A DNA stretch of 64,000 nucleotides, taken from contig OX597818.1 of the NCBI GenBank assembly GCA_951406725.2, positions 64,418,001-64,482,000 on the forward strand, given 5' to 3'. Source of the DNA: Octopus vulgaris. Taxonomy: Eukaryota. Position numbers and translations under genes: made by a program. Below are positions 1 through 15,500 of the stretch, one piece after another. Each line of letters begins with the position of its first letter. Within the stretch, counting starts at the first letter, position 1. Below the pieces are notes generated by a model. That model was not told the origin of the DNA and searched no databases. It saw only the letters and a program-made list of their open reading frames with translations.

Positions 1-13
1 ATACATACATACA

Positions 14-88
<75 letters not shown>
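1..88. repeat. (ATAC)n/(TA)n microsatellite
   Basis: Directly visible tandem repeats. Confidence 0.97.
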
Positions 89-89
<1 letters not shown>

Positions 90-224
90 TATTTACTACT
101 TACCACTTGGTTCCGGGATTATTTCCACTGCATAGCACATTAAACAGGTGTCTTCTACTTCGGCCTCGGGCGACAAGACGTGATCGGATTTGTCCGACAG
201 AAATGATAGCAAACCGCCCTACCC

Positions 225-1185
<961 letters not shown>

Positions 1186-1768
1186 ATATATATATATATA
1201 TATATATATATTATGTACGCAACGACCTGCATACCACTATACATCCGGTATTATTGATATTGAAAGTAGTAACAGGAAAAACCTCAAACAAAATGGTAAT
1301 ATTATTGAGAATGAGGAGAATGGTTTCCTTGAAATCCTCTTTGAAACCCCCAGTATCTCAAACGTGTTTGAGATCGCTATTTATATCAGCAAATATCATA
1401 TCGAGTAAAAAAACAAACACCTGGAAAAAATTATATTTGTAATGTTTGAAGCCAACTGTGCATTGGAAAGAAGACTGTTTTTACTGTTTCTAATTTTCTC
1501 TTCGATCCAATCGTCGATATATTTCCTTTCTTTTTGTTTATAATTGAGATTTTTTTCGCTACTGTATGATAGAATCCATAAAAAATACGGGAAGTGTAAT
1601 GTCAATTATGTATATTAACAATAGGGCAAATGGAAAATGCTCCGAGGAGTATTCTGCGCTGCATGAAATATGCATTATCTTTCGTGTAATAAATAACCGG
1701 ATTATTTGATAACATTAGCCTCAGCTGCTTTACATATGTGTGTGTATGTGTTTATGTCTATATATACG

Positions 1769-1856
<88 letters not shown>

Positions 1857-3129
1857 TACATATATATATATAACTATATATGTATATATGAATATATATA
1901 TATGCATCTGTTTTCGTGTGTATATAAGTACGTATGCATGTGTATATAAAACCATGCACTAGATATAGAACAAATTTTGCATGTGTTTCATTTATTGCTG
2001 CTTAATATTCGGCATGCTGTCATATATTTTGTTGATAATCTCACTAATAATTGTCATTTTTTATTGTTAATTTTCCTTTTTAAAGTTGGCAATAAGGTAG
2101 GTTTTCTTGGGTTTTATTTTGTATTTCCAAAGCTACGCATATTTCAGCTTTGTCCTACACAAACTATGGCAATTTTACCGTACCGTTAATATTTTCACCC
2201 TACTTATACAATATTCTAATCATGCACCTTTTTTTAGATGTACTTTACTTCTCGAAATCATAAAGAAATTAAATCATGAAATAAAATAACTGACAATGTA
2301 GAAGGAATACAAATGTCGGTGAGCCGGGGGGATCGATAATACACCAGGCAGAAGGATTAATGACATTTGTTATGTTTCCGTTCTGAATTTAAGCTCTACT
2401 GTTGTCAGCTTTGCCATTTATCCTTTCGGTGTGGGTAAAATACGTACCAGTTAAGCACTAGGGCCTTGTTTCATAATTTGAAACCTGTATAAGAAGATAT
2501 ATATGAGGCGTTAAGCGAGCAGAATCGTAACCACATTGAGTTAAATGCTTCGTGACATTTTGTCCCAGTTCGACATTGATATTTTTCTTTTCGGAGTCAA
2601 TAATTCAAGTAAAGGTTGGTCATTGGGTTCGATTACATCGATTTTCCCTTCTGCCACGAAACAGCTGGTCTTGTGTCGAATTTAGAAATCGATTTTTTGC
2701 TCCATTAGACAGGAATTATAGCACCAACTGTTTCTTTTATTTTTGCAGGATCTCTTTGACCATTGCAACAAAGGCAGGAATTTATCCAGAAACCAAATAG
2801 CTAAGTTGTTAGCACATGAATAAATACACTACCTGAATCCAAGTAAAGTGAGGTGGCTTTTTAGTAGGCGACGCGTTAACATAACTAATCACTTCAAACA
2901 GTCAGAAGAAATGTGGGACAATATATTGTCTAAAGTTCTAGTCGTCTGGCTTAATTCTGTTGGCTGCGAAATGATGCAAGGCGTATTTGTTGCGTGATCG
3001 AATTCCTCTTAGAATATACATATATATATATATATATATATATTCAAATCGCAATATATAAACTCAGGTAGTTCCCTAATACTCATAAAATGGCTCCATA
3101 ATGTATTATTCTACATATATACATTTATA

Positions 3130-3385
3130 GTTGGAATGTGCAAGCAAAAATAGCATAAGACGAAGTCAGGTGTGTAAAAAACTAACAGATGTATTAGTTT
3201 AACGTTCGGGTAGTGAGAAAGTCTTTAACGTTTCGAGCATACGATCTTCATCAGAAAGGAACACAGAAATAAGTAGAGAGGGAAAATAGAAAATATTTAG
3301 TGGTTAACGATCAATCATGGTGAATGCCGGACAGAAGTGGTCAGACAGGAGAGCTAGGAAGAAGGGGAGATAAAAAAGTAGTTTT
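3130..3385 (-). mobile_element. Short hammerhead-bearing repeat, family H (copy 1)
   Basis: Minus strand CUUU-CUGAUGA-A-GAUCGUAUGCUC-GAAACGUU-AAAG at 3223-3258; homologous to five other copies in the window. Confidence 0.7.
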
Positions 3386-4122
3386 AAAAAAAGTAGTTTT
3401 AAAAAATGATGCTTCCCAAATGATCACATTTATACTACGATACATGATAAAGTGATAAACGATACATGATAAAGCGATAAAGAATGTATCAAGTTATAAA
3501 CGACGTGAGAAATTCTATAATAAAATTTATTTATTTCATTTTTGCATCTAGTTTGCAATATTCTATATGAACATAAATCCTCTCATTGGATACATCGAAA
3601 TTTATCTAACTATAAGTAAATTCAAATATCACAACAAATTTTGTCGTAAATTATAGAAGCATATGCGAATCATAAATAAATTACTTACATGCCTGCAATA
3701 ATAGAAAAAGTCCTCCAAATCAAGCAGAAACGAAGCTACGTGATCAGGTGAAAGAAAAATAGTTAAATATACTAAAATCTCGGTTGTGGCTTTAGACGAA
3801 CGGAAAGGCAATATTTAAATAGAATGTTAAAAGACGTGTAAGACAATGAAACTGAAATGAATATCCTTTTATCAGAAGATTGTCTAACAAATGGAAGGGA
3901 ATTTTCATTGATATAATTAAAAGTAACAAGTAGATCTTAATAGTATTATAAAAGTAAAGTGATATATGCATTATTCAAAATCCAGACAATAAAAGATTGG
4001 AAAAATAGAGAAAAATAGAGAAAACTAATAATAACTAACTGAAACAAGAGAAATATGAATAATATTAAATTAAATTGGCTTTTAGAAATTTGAATATATA
4101 AGTCAATATAAGTCAATATATA

Positions 4123-4615
4123 GGCGCAGGAGTGGCTGTGTGGTAAGTAGCTTGCTAACCAACCACATGGTTCCGGGTTCAGTCCCACTGCGTGGCATCT
4201 TGGGCAAGTGTCTTCTGCTATAGCCCCGGGCCGACCAATGCCTTGTGAGTGGATTTGGTAGACGGAAACTGAAAGAAGCCTGTCGTATATATGTATATAT
4301 ATATATATATATATAGATAGATAGATAGATAGATAGATGGAGAGAGAGAGAGATATGTGTGTGTTTATGTGTGTGTGTGTGTGTGTTTGTGTGTGTGTGT
4401 TTGTGTGTGTGTGTTTGTCCCCCTAGCATTGCTTGACAACCGATGCTGGTGTGTTTATGTCCCCGTAACTTAGCGGTTCGGCAAAAGAGACCGATAGAAT
4501 AAGTACTGGGCTTACAAAGAATAAGTCCCAGGGTCTATTTGCTCGTCTAAAGGTGGTGCTCCAGCATGGCCGCCGTCAAATGACTGAAACAAGTAAAAGA
4601 GTAAAAGTAAAAGTA
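4123..4615 (+). mobile_element. tRNA-derived SINE family A (CORE-like body, internal microsatellite), full length
   Basis: A-box-like GTGGCTGTGTGGT, B-box-like GGTTCAGTCC, CTTGGGCAAGTG motif, (AGTAAAAG)n tail; many homologues in the window. Confidence 0.9.
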
Positions 4616-5228
4616 AGTATACATGTAAATTGATTTTGAAATTTATGAAAGACAAGAAAAAACTTATATAAATTTATAATACAATTTTCTAAAATGAGAA
4701 GGGAGAAGTATTAAAATATTCATAAATAATTATTAGACATTATTGCTATGAGAAGAGGATAATCATATATTTACGCTTCATAGAGACAGAGTTTACGAAA
4801 TATAACGTGTGATATCAACAACAAAAATATGAACAACGTTAAAAGAAATATTAGGTGTTCAAATAAAAAGCAAAAAACAAATAGAGAATAAGTTGTTATA
4901 TAGGATAAGATTAATACAACTTAGTACTGAAAATTGGCGTAGATTAAAGTATATGAAATAAATATATGGAAAAATATGTCAATATGCATTCATTAAAATA
5001 TTGTACGAAAAATATAAATATTATTATAATAGAAGAAAAACTCAAAAAGATTTCCATACCTAAAATTCGTATAAACATTGTTAGTATACAAATAATTTCA
5101 AAATATGAATTACAATTATATTAAACATGGTGGAATTCACAATATAAATATTTCAATATTATTACTAAAATTAGAAATAATTACTTTTAGTAAGAAGTGA
5201 AATAGCAATAAACTTAAGGCAATAGACA

Positions 5229-5285
<57 letters not shown>

Positions 5286-5471
5286 GTAGTTCAATTTCGT
5301 CATTGCTTTAAACCATTTTTTGTATTATTGTGTAATTCCAGATATGAAAGCCACTTATCTATTATGAAATATGCTAAAATAAATTAGGTATACATGCTTC
5401 AACTTTCGAAACAATTTGCCTCGATATTTGAAATTTATTATTCTTAAATAAATTTCATCGTGCTCTTACTC

Positions 5472-5525
<54 letters not shown>

Positions 5526-5557
5526 TATATTTAAAGCAGCAGAAAATTCAACAAAAT

Positions 5558-5595
5558 CTGTTGCTCTGAGTTTCTCGTTGCCGTTCATCAGACAG
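5558..5595 (-). ncRNA. Minimal hammerhead motif (U16.1 mutated, GCA triplet)
   Basis: CUGU-CUGAUGA-ACGGCAACGA-GAAA-CUCAGAG-CA-ACAG. Confidence 0.6.
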
Positions 5596-5867
5596 TCTTT
5601 GCTAGAATGGAACCGATATATCAATTCAATCTAGACTCTTACAAACGCTACACCTTTAAAAAAAATGGACTTGTTTGATTGGCCCTTTAGAAATAACGGT
5701 CAATCTTCGAGCGATAAACAAAAAAGCTCAAAAAAAGACTTTTGTTTATCGCTCGAAGATTGACCGTTATTTCTAAAGGGCCAATCAAACAAGTCCATTT
5801 TTTTAAAAGGTGTAGCGTTTGTAAGAGTCTAGATTGAATTGATATATCGGTTCCATTCTAGCAAAGA

Positions 5868-5905
5868 CTGTCCGATGAACGGCAACGAGAAACTCAGAGT
5901 AACAG
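5868..5905 (+). ncRNA. Minimal hammerhead motif (core CCGAUGA)
   Basis: CUGU-CCGAUGA-ACGGCAACGA-GAAA-CUCAGAG-UA-ACAG; stem I CUGU/ACAG; stem III ACUC-A-GAGU. Confidence 0.6.
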
Positions 5906-5975
5906 ATTTTGTTGAATTTTCTGCTGCTTTGAGTACTCTTTTTTCCACCTTGTTTCACATTTATGTGTTTACTCC

Positions 5976-6060
<85 letters not shown>

Positions 6061-6143
6061 ATATATATATATATATATTTATATATACACGTTTATATAT
6101 TTGTTTTGCAAGATTCTTGATGTGAAATCGTGTGTTGAAACAG

Positions 6144-6499
<356 letters not shown>

Positions 6500-9400
6500 A
6501 AATAATTCACGGTAGAAAATGCTAAAATAATTTTATGAAAAATACTTCGGTACCGGTTTCAGTCATTGAGATTTTTAAAACTAAGTATGGAAAACAATTA
6601 AAGTTTGGAAGAATTAAAAGAATATTTGTATAGTATTCAAATACAAGGGACATTTTCATTGTTTCTGTCTGTCTCTGTACGTACACTTTGCTCTCTCTCT
6701 CTCTTTCTCTCTCATATTCATTGCTTGACTCTATTGAATTACGTGCAAGATTATTTTGGAGAGTGGATATTTCAATTCGAGCACTGTAGAAATTAATCCT
6801 CATTGAATATCGAGGGATATGATATATTCTGTAAACCAAGGAAAACTTGAAGGAATCTCAACATGCGTCTGAATAGCTTCGCTTTTATATCATTCATGTC
6901 TTTTTCGTTTTACGATGGGGTATTTCTTTTCTCACAGTAAGGTATATCTTAATGACTCGAATATCTGCTGATATTAAGTGTAATTAATTATATCTGTTCA
7001 GCAATTAACATTTTTATGCATGTTGCTCTCCCGCGTTTCACTTATGGTGTTTGTGTGTGTAGGTTCATGTGTGTGTACGTATGTGTGTATGTCACCGGAG
7101 CTATTAATGTAATTGGTGGCAATCAAACTCATATTCCTGGCATCATTATCAACGTCCTCATCGTCATCATCATCGTCGTCGTTGTCCTCACCGGTGTCAT
7201 CTTCATCGCTATCATCATTATCATTACCACCGCCATAATTATAATTTAAATTTGATATACATGAGTCAAAAAGTATGAAATGGATTTTTTCTGATAGTGT
7301 AATTTTTCAACTTCTTTATTCCACCTTAAATTGTACAAAAAGAAACGCTGATAATGACAGGGCGTTTAAAATACTGAATATAGTTATTCACTCTTTTGAC
7401 TCAAACGTGTATCTAAGGTTTCTTACTAGTAACTTTTGAATTTATGATGTGCAACTTGGCAATCACTTCTATAGAATCATCTTTACCGTTTTCATTTCGT
7501 GAATGCATATAAGATTTTCTATTCACCTCTTATAGACGACTTTTAAAAGCATTGTATTGCCTTAAATTGTTTTTACCCAACAATATCTACACACAAAATC
7601 TATGAGAGGAGTGAGCCATTTCCTTTAATGGAATTTTGAAAACCAGGAAATGGTGGGCATAAATGACGGAATGATTCCGACCGGAAAATATTGTTCAATG
7701 CTGTATTCTACAATTTCGAACAGTTTTCTTTCACATTTGACGTGAAGTGTACGATGGAACAAGATCTCCTGCTGCCTTTGCAATTTAATATAATGTCTCT
7801 TTTGCCATGTTGCCCTCCTATCGTGATGGCTTCAATCCCATTTCATTAAAATATGCTGAACGGAGAGGCATTTATTTCATATAGTAACTCATATCAATTA
7901 ATAGCAGTAGGAAATTGTAATGTCGATACAAACATCAAATATTGAATACATATAACTGCTGATATAGCTACTCTTTTCAAGGCCAATATTTTTAATATTA
8001 AAAGCCAGCCCAAATATTGATCCTGCGGAGATTGCATCCTCTTATAATGCTATGCCTTTTAGTCCCCAACAAAATAAAGCAGCAGAAACCGGAACTTTTC
8101 ATTAAAATGGGAATGAACTGATCACTCTTGTAAATTTTACAATGGGCATTGAATGTGAATAAAAATTCCCATGAATCTTGTTCTATGATAAGTAATTTGG
8201 AAAGGGTTAAATGATGGCTCTCCGCCAAGCATTTCTGGATTACTGAGTTATAGCAGTAAGACGCTACCTTTCAAAATCCACACCAGCTTCAACAAATTAT
8301 AAATATTCAGTTGAAATATAATAATACAGAAACCTTCTGATTTTCTACGTAACAGAAATACATTTTCACAGAAGCAGATGTCACCCAGGATAAATTATAC
8401 CCTGTATATCTTTCTAAATCCGATATCTAGCCTCGATAATTAGGCGTGGTTATGCTGTACTGGTGTCTTGCATTGTGTCTATGGTGCAACCTGTTCCTTA
8501 GTATTTTCATCAAGGCCATCCTAGCGTTTACAATCCACTCCTAGTTGCCTACTTGCAGCCGTTTTGCCAGTTCTTTGTTCAAGTTGAATGTTTTTTTATT
8601 GGGGGGGGGGTCAAACACTTCCGTTGAAAGTAAAACTCACTTTCAGCTTTGGGCTCAACTGCATACAGAAATACAATTTTTATCGTGGTAGCTATAAGAA
8701 CTTGGATTGTTTATTGTTCCAGTTCATCCGTGTCTTCTGCCCCTACTTCATGCGTGAATTACTGAGAAACGGTAATTCAAAGGGGATGTGATCATTTGGG
8801 AAGCATCATTTTTTTAAAACTTTTGTAATAATGAATAACCTTAATTCATAAAAAAAATGAAGAAATTTGCTTTTAAATATCAATGCACTTTCATGACAGA
8901 AAAATTGGCGAATGTTTTGCAAATGCTAGCATCGTTTGTGTGATTGGGGTAGGATCAGGAAATGTTAAGAATGTATGAAAATGTGAAGAATGTGTAGGCA
9001 TTAAATCTACCTATGCACCCTTTTCAAGCCTAGCCAGGGTCATGGGCCCGTCTCGAAGCAAGCTGACAGAAACTATATCTAAATATATCCAAATAGAAAT
9101 TTTGCAGTACACCTCAAGACACGTGAGACTGAAAATTCTCATAGAGTAAGGGACAGTCCGGAAGTGAATGGTATTGATATGTATGTATATATGTGTATAT
9201 ATGTGTGTGTATGTGTGTGCGTGCGTGTCTCATGCGAGTATGAATGATCTTATGCTAATAGGCACATGTATGTGGGTGGGTGTGCGTGCATGTGTATGCA
9301 GGTACATGCGCGCTTACGCGATTTCTATGCGCATATTTCTTTCCTTACTTGTTTATTTTCTCCCCTTCGGTTTTTCCCCCTTATTTTACGCTCATTCTAA

Positions 9401-9578
9401 TAGCTCTTGTCTTAATAACGGTCAATTACATAATAATTTCCCTTTCTTTAACGGTCATTTTCATACCATGTTTTCATTGCCTCGATAACTGAAAAGAAGC
9501 CGAAGTAGTGTTCCTCCCCGACATCCGAATCTCGGTGTCTTATTATGGCAATCGAGTAATTGTCACATGTTATATTAC

Positions 9579-9638
<60 letters not shown>

Positions 9639-11752
9639 TTGCGAGGTGTGTGCATGTGAATGTATGTAAGTGTCTACATGTAGATAATGCTGGTATAAAA
9701 TAAAATATATCTTAGCAATTTATAACCTTTAATTAACATTCTTCATCTCACTTGAACGCCAACTGTCGCGGTTTGATATTTCAGAGCGGAAATATTCAAA
9801 CCATGCACTATTTTAAGTTCGCTCAACATATTTTTATATTCTGCATTCTGCAGTTAGCCCCTTTTATCATTTTTCAAGTGGATATTTTATTCATACGAAA
9901 TCGATTTGATATATATCTAGCATAGATTAGTATTTGTTTCTTTCTTCTCCGTTTGACTACATTAAATGAATTTTTGCATATCGAACTAATGTAACGAACG
10001 GACACTTTGAAAGAGAATGTAATTGTAGCTTATATATCTGAAATATGCTAATTATCCTCCCTCGAATACTCGGCATCGCATAAGAAATCGTATTCTGTTT
10101 TAAGCTGAATATCTTATACCCGAAGTTGTTGAGTGAAACGCAACTCATCATGTGAGGTTAATGTAATCAACATTTCATAATATATGCGTAACAGGGTAAA
10201 TAACATTAAGCGGATCTAGGTTATCGCTTTAAATATTGTCGTTCGATTCCTCTATCCTGCTTGTTTACAAAGTTACATTAAGTGACATTAAACCCGTTTT
10301 GAAGTTCGCTTAATATACAACGCTAGCTCAGTCTGCCGTTTAAATATATTTAACATTTATCAGTAATGTTAATAACATGGTTTGTCAATTATCAATTTAA
10401 ACAATATGGTTTCCATGAAACATGTGATATATATATTGAACGGAATACACACTTTTCGGTTGATAATAACTGTTGATATATTCTGTAAAATGGTAGACGA
10501 AAACAAAAATAACGAAATGCCATTTTTATGTCGTTTTGTTTCAAGAAATACATTTTATGGATTATCTTAATGTATTTTCCTTTAAAAAATAGCATTTTCA
10601 TCTTAGGAAAGGTAAACATTTTACAAAGGAATGTTTTCATAAGTATATAATTTAAATTGATGCAAGCGAAATGCATTGTTTAACACTCAAGGTATCTTAT
10701 GTTGATTCAAAAGCTTCAGATATATGTTACAAAGTTTGTAAAATGATCTGGAATAAAATATTAATAGTATAAATCAAGTAGTTTTTCCCCATAAAGATTG
10801 AAGCGGGTGCAAAACGCAATGGACGGTAAACAAAAGTAGTATTAATTTCAAAACACGTACTTCAAGTAGATTGTGCATTAGTTAAGAAATAGAAATCTGC
10901 TACAATCCGATTTGGGGCTTTGTCCCTTCCATCCCTGCAAATTATAAACCATTAGTGACATTTCTCCATTCTTTTTGACTCTGGAATGACTTTTCCGTGT
11001 GTCTCTCGGTAGATCCCGTTTGTCAGTCCTATCATAGCATCCATCCACGTTCAGCAATTTTTAGTGAATTCTCTAAGCTTCTTTTCTTGTAGGTTTCAGG
11101 TCAGGTCGTAATTCGGGTCACAGGCTTCTTAAATCAAGGCTTCTCTATCTCACCTTGCACTTCAAGGCTGTCAGATTTTCATGCACCGTATCCAGTGTTT
11201 CTCTAGGAAAACCCTTTCTCTTAGTCCCCCTTGTTACACTTGAATATTTATATTTTCTTAATATTTTGTAGGTAAGGGCGTTAGATCTATGTTGTTTATC
11301 TCTGAAAAAAGATGGGCTATAAATAGCTTGACCTCTCTCATCTGACTTGAGAAGTGCTTCAACTCCGCCGTTGTACTTCTGAGAGTCATTGAAGCGCGAA
11401 CGCACGCATTCACACATAGTATACTCACACAAACATATAATAAAACACACACAAACATATACCAACACACACACACACACACGTAATTCACACTACAAAT
11501 ATGTCTGTAGGTTGTGGCAAACAGTTTCTGACTACAACCACACCATCCTCAATTGCCATGCTTCCATTCACGTCTCTTCTTTGTAGTCAGAATTATCTTA
11601 ACGTTATTAGTACTTCATGCCTCATACACATATCGTGAACTGTAAAATATTAGAAGTACAGACATCACTTTAAGCATTCATGTAATAATTCAAGAGGTAT
11701 TTCAATTGATTCTAGACTGTGATAAAACTACCAAGATTTACGAAATATAGTA

Positions 11753-12150
11753 GGCGTAGGAGTGGCTGCGTGGTAAGTAGCTTGTTTGCGAACCACAAAG
11801 TCCCGGGTTCAGTCCCACTGTGTGTCACCTGGGGCAAGCATTGTGAGTGGATTTGGTAGACGGAAACTGAAAGAAGCCCGTCGTATGTATGTATATATAT
11901 GTATGTGCGTATATGTTTGTGTATGTTTGTGTACCTGTGTTTGCCCCCCCCCCCCCAACATTGCTTGACAACCGATGCTGGTGTGTTTACGTCCCCGTAA
12001 CGTAGCGGTTCGGCAAAAGCGACCGATAGAATAAGTACTAGGCTTGCAACAAATAAGTCTTGGAGTCGATTTGCTCGACTAAAGGCGGTGTTCCAGCATG
12101 GCTACAGTGAAACGACTGAAACAAGTAAAGAGTATAAAACCAGAGTATAA
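11753..12150 (+). mobile_element. SINE family A, small internal deletion
   Basis: Colinear with 4123-4615. Confidence 0.9.
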
Positions 12151-13353
12151 AAATATCATGGAGACATATAAGCAGTAGAGGCGATAAGCAGGAATAGCGA
12201 TATTCGCATATTCTAAATTTTATTCATGAAGATATGGATAGTATCACACACACATGTATCTTCGGAAATTTAATTCTTAAAAATATGCCAATAGAACACC
12301 AACGTACAAACAAGAATATCCGCACTGATTATCCATTTATGAGGAAGTAGATCTGCCTCGCTGATAATATTGCAATAGAAATGCAGAAAGGGAAAGATAT
12401 ATTACAGCCGTTATCACGTGTGAGCAATATTTATGGTTAGTAATATATTATTTCAAACACTGAATAGAATCTGCAGGTAAAGAACTATTGAATGTGTTCC
12501 TGAGAACTTAAGCACCTACAGCTTGGCTTTGATATGATGGAATAAAAAAAAACCATAAACTTCGGTTGATATATCTGGATAATTTGTGAAGTGAACTGAG
12601 CACTTTTGTAACTCTGAGTAAATCTTATTGATGTAAAGAAAGTAAAAAATTGGTTATGGGAAAAGTTTTTTTTTGTGAATTTGTCTTAGAGTGTGTATGT
12701 GGTGTGTGTAAGTGTGTATGTAGTGTATGTGTGTGTGTGTGATGCGTGTGAAAGGTGTGCGTGTGTGGATGTCTGTGTGCGGTTTCCTTCTCTTTTATGT
12801 GGACGTATTTGGAGTGTGTGCTATGTAAGTATAAATTAATGTGTGTATGCATGTGGTGTACACGCGTGTGTATATGCATGTGTTTGTGTGTGTTTGTTTA
12901 TGTGTGTCCATGTGTTTGTGAGTGTGTCTGAGTCTAACTATTTCATTGGATGAAACATAAAAATATATACACTGGAGTGCATATTATACGACAGTTACTG
13001 CATAAAATGTGAAGGCGCATGGCATGGGAGTTTGTGTGTTGGAATACCATTATGGAAGTCAAATTTAATTAAGATACGTAAAAATATATTTTCATTAACA
13101 TTTATTTGTGGCATTCTATAGTTATATTGAAAATAGTTTAATATTCAATTCAAAGGATGTACAATAATTTTTTCCTCTTCGTACTGTACATATTTCATTA
13201 ATTTCACAAGGAAATATTTTCGTGTATATGTGTAGCTCTGTTTTTTCTTTTGTGCGTGCGTTTTAGAACATATGTTCATAATATCTGGCAGTGCGCATGT
13301 GTAGGTATATAAATATTTGTGTATGTGTCTATGCGCGTATACATACATATATG

Positions 13354-13435
<82 letters not shown>

Positions 13436-13442
<7 letters not shown>

Positions 13443-13738
13443 ATCATGTCACCGACCACTCTATCAGATGTTGTTACACATCGCTGGTCAAAATGCGCTT
13501 TACATTGTTTTAGCCTGCAAATGACGCCACGCCGCTGGCTAAGCGAGCAAGCCAACAGAATAAAGAGTAAAAGTTGCGGCGAAAGAGTACAGCAGGGATC
13601 GCCACCCCCACCCCTGCCGGAGCCTCGTGGAACTTTAGGTGTTTTCGCTCAATAAACACTCACAACACGCGGTTTGGGTATCGAAACCCCGATCCTACGA
13701 CCGCGAGTCTGCTGCCCTAACCACTGGGCCATTGCGCC
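13436..13738 (-). mobile_element. tRNA-derived SINE family B (alternative 3' tail)
   Basis: Head GGCGCAATGGCCCAGTGGTTAGGGC...GGTTTCGATACC. Body shared with the 20145 and 53687 copies; tail differs. Confidence 0.85.
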
Positions 13739-13782
13739 TGCACATATGTATATATATATGTATGTTTATAATACACACACAT

Positions 13783-13832
<50 letters not shown>

Positions 13833-14338
13833 TTATATACATGCATTACATACATATATAAATACATTGATATCAACAAACGGCGATTCCCCAGAAAAAC
13901 ATTATACAATAAAAGTAATAATTTAGATTCCAGTGACAGAAAGATAATGAAAATCTTGTAAACACTAAAAGCAATTGGAATAAACATACCTATCAACTTG
14001 TTTATGAAATTTACAATATGTATAACCTAATTGAATATAAATGGATATAAAAAAGGCAATAATTATTTCGAACCAGCAATTTTGTTTTCGACTGCAGATG
14101 CTACCGATATAGAGTAGTATATGTACTGTAAACATACAGTATATTTGGGTATCGATTCTCTGCTATTATTCATTCATTACTAATCCTTATAGCATGATTT
14201 TGTTAATTTAAACCGTGTTAGGCTCATCACGAATTGGTCTGGAATGACATGGTAAATTGTCAAAGATTCTGAACTACAATGGCACGCTCGCATGATCATC
14301 TGCAATGCTCAATTTGACATATCGATTTCATCGATATG

Positions 14339-14573
14339 CGACGATTTCATCTCAATCGAAGGAGAGGAGCTTTCTCCGTCCGGGTTGCGGATCCGTGGAA
14401 CAAGCTGCCAGACGAGATGGTGAAGATGCCGACGACCGCTTTGTTCAAAGCCTCCCTGGACCTCAAGTGGCCTGAACTCTTTACATGAACACCACCCTGT
14501 ACTTAACTCCATGTCCCCCTACATGGCCTTGCTATTTGCTTTTGAGCCAAATTAACTAACTAACTAACTAACT
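14339..14573 (+). mobile_element. 5'-truncated CR1-like LINE 3' end with (CTAA)n tail
   Basis: Translates RRFHLNRRRGAFSVRVADPWNKLPDEMVKMPTTALFKASLDLKWPELFT* (stop 14486-14488), typical of a CR1/L2-group ORF2 C-terminus. Possible ATATCG target duplication. Confidence 0.8.
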
Positions 14574-14789
14574 ATATCGGAGCGAAAACAATTTTTATTA
14601 TGTATTTTGTCACTCGTACATATGAGATTTTGTGCAGCAAACACCCAGCATAAATGAGGATAGATGGATTTTTGGAAAGGTTAATTCGTACACATATGTA
14701 TTTTAAAATATGATTCACCACTACACTTGCATAATATATATGTGTATACACACACACACACAGACATATATATATGCACGCTCACACAC

Positions 14790-15500
14790 ACAAATGGCTT
14801 CTATACTGCTTCCGTCTACCAAATTCACTAGTATGGCTTCTTTTGTGGGTTCAGGTCTATAATAGGAGTCATTTGCCCGTTGCACCGTGCTGTCAAAGAT
14901 AGCCTCTTAACCACACACCCATGCATGCTCTTACTGAATGAAAAATTTGAATTGATTTTCCGATTAAAATATTCACAAATCAGCGCACGGATGTCTGAGT
15001 GGAAGGAATTTTGCTTCCCAACCACGTGTTTCGGTATCTAGTCCCACCACATGACGCCTTGGTCTGGATTTTTTACTATACCCTCGAACCGACCAAAGAC
15101 GGAAATTAAAAGCTCATCGCACACACACAGGTACACACACACACACACACACACAGGTACACACACACACACACACACACAGGTACACACACACACACAT
15201 TTATACGTATCTACGAAATGCTAAAGCACGAAACTCTCACGACTGGCGCTACTTTATTGCTTTTGCTAAATATGTATGTTAGCATCTGTATGATTTGGTG
15301 TTTGTTCTCCTCCAACCACCGCTTGACAATTGTTTTTAGTGTATTTATGTCCACGTTAACTAGTGGTTCAGTTTAAGTGATATATAGAATAAATATCAGA
15401 TTTTAAAAATATAATTCCTGGGTGCAATTCATTCTGCTAAAATCTCTTCAAGGCCGTGTTCCATCATTACTATAGCGTAATGACTGAAACAAGTAAAAGA
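14790..15500. mobile_element. Two degenerate SINE family A remnants (about 14790-14930 minus, about 14990-15500 plus)
   Basis: Residual matches TTCCGTCTACCAAATTCACT, GCTTGACAA, ATGACTGAAACAAGTAAAAGA. Confidence 0.65.

Larger units (their letters stand above)
5525..5977 (+). mobile_element. Hammerhead-bearing fold-back element between (TA)n tracts
   Basis: About 190-bp near-perfect inverted arms 5533-5723 / 5740-5930, then a 47-bp unique tail and (TA)n. Confidence 0.8.

Noticed and set aside
4123-4200. tRNA genes at SINE heads (also 13660-13738, 30805-30890, 53687-53760)
   Set aside because: They have Pol III box-like motifs but no complete cloverleaf, and they continue into SINE bodies.
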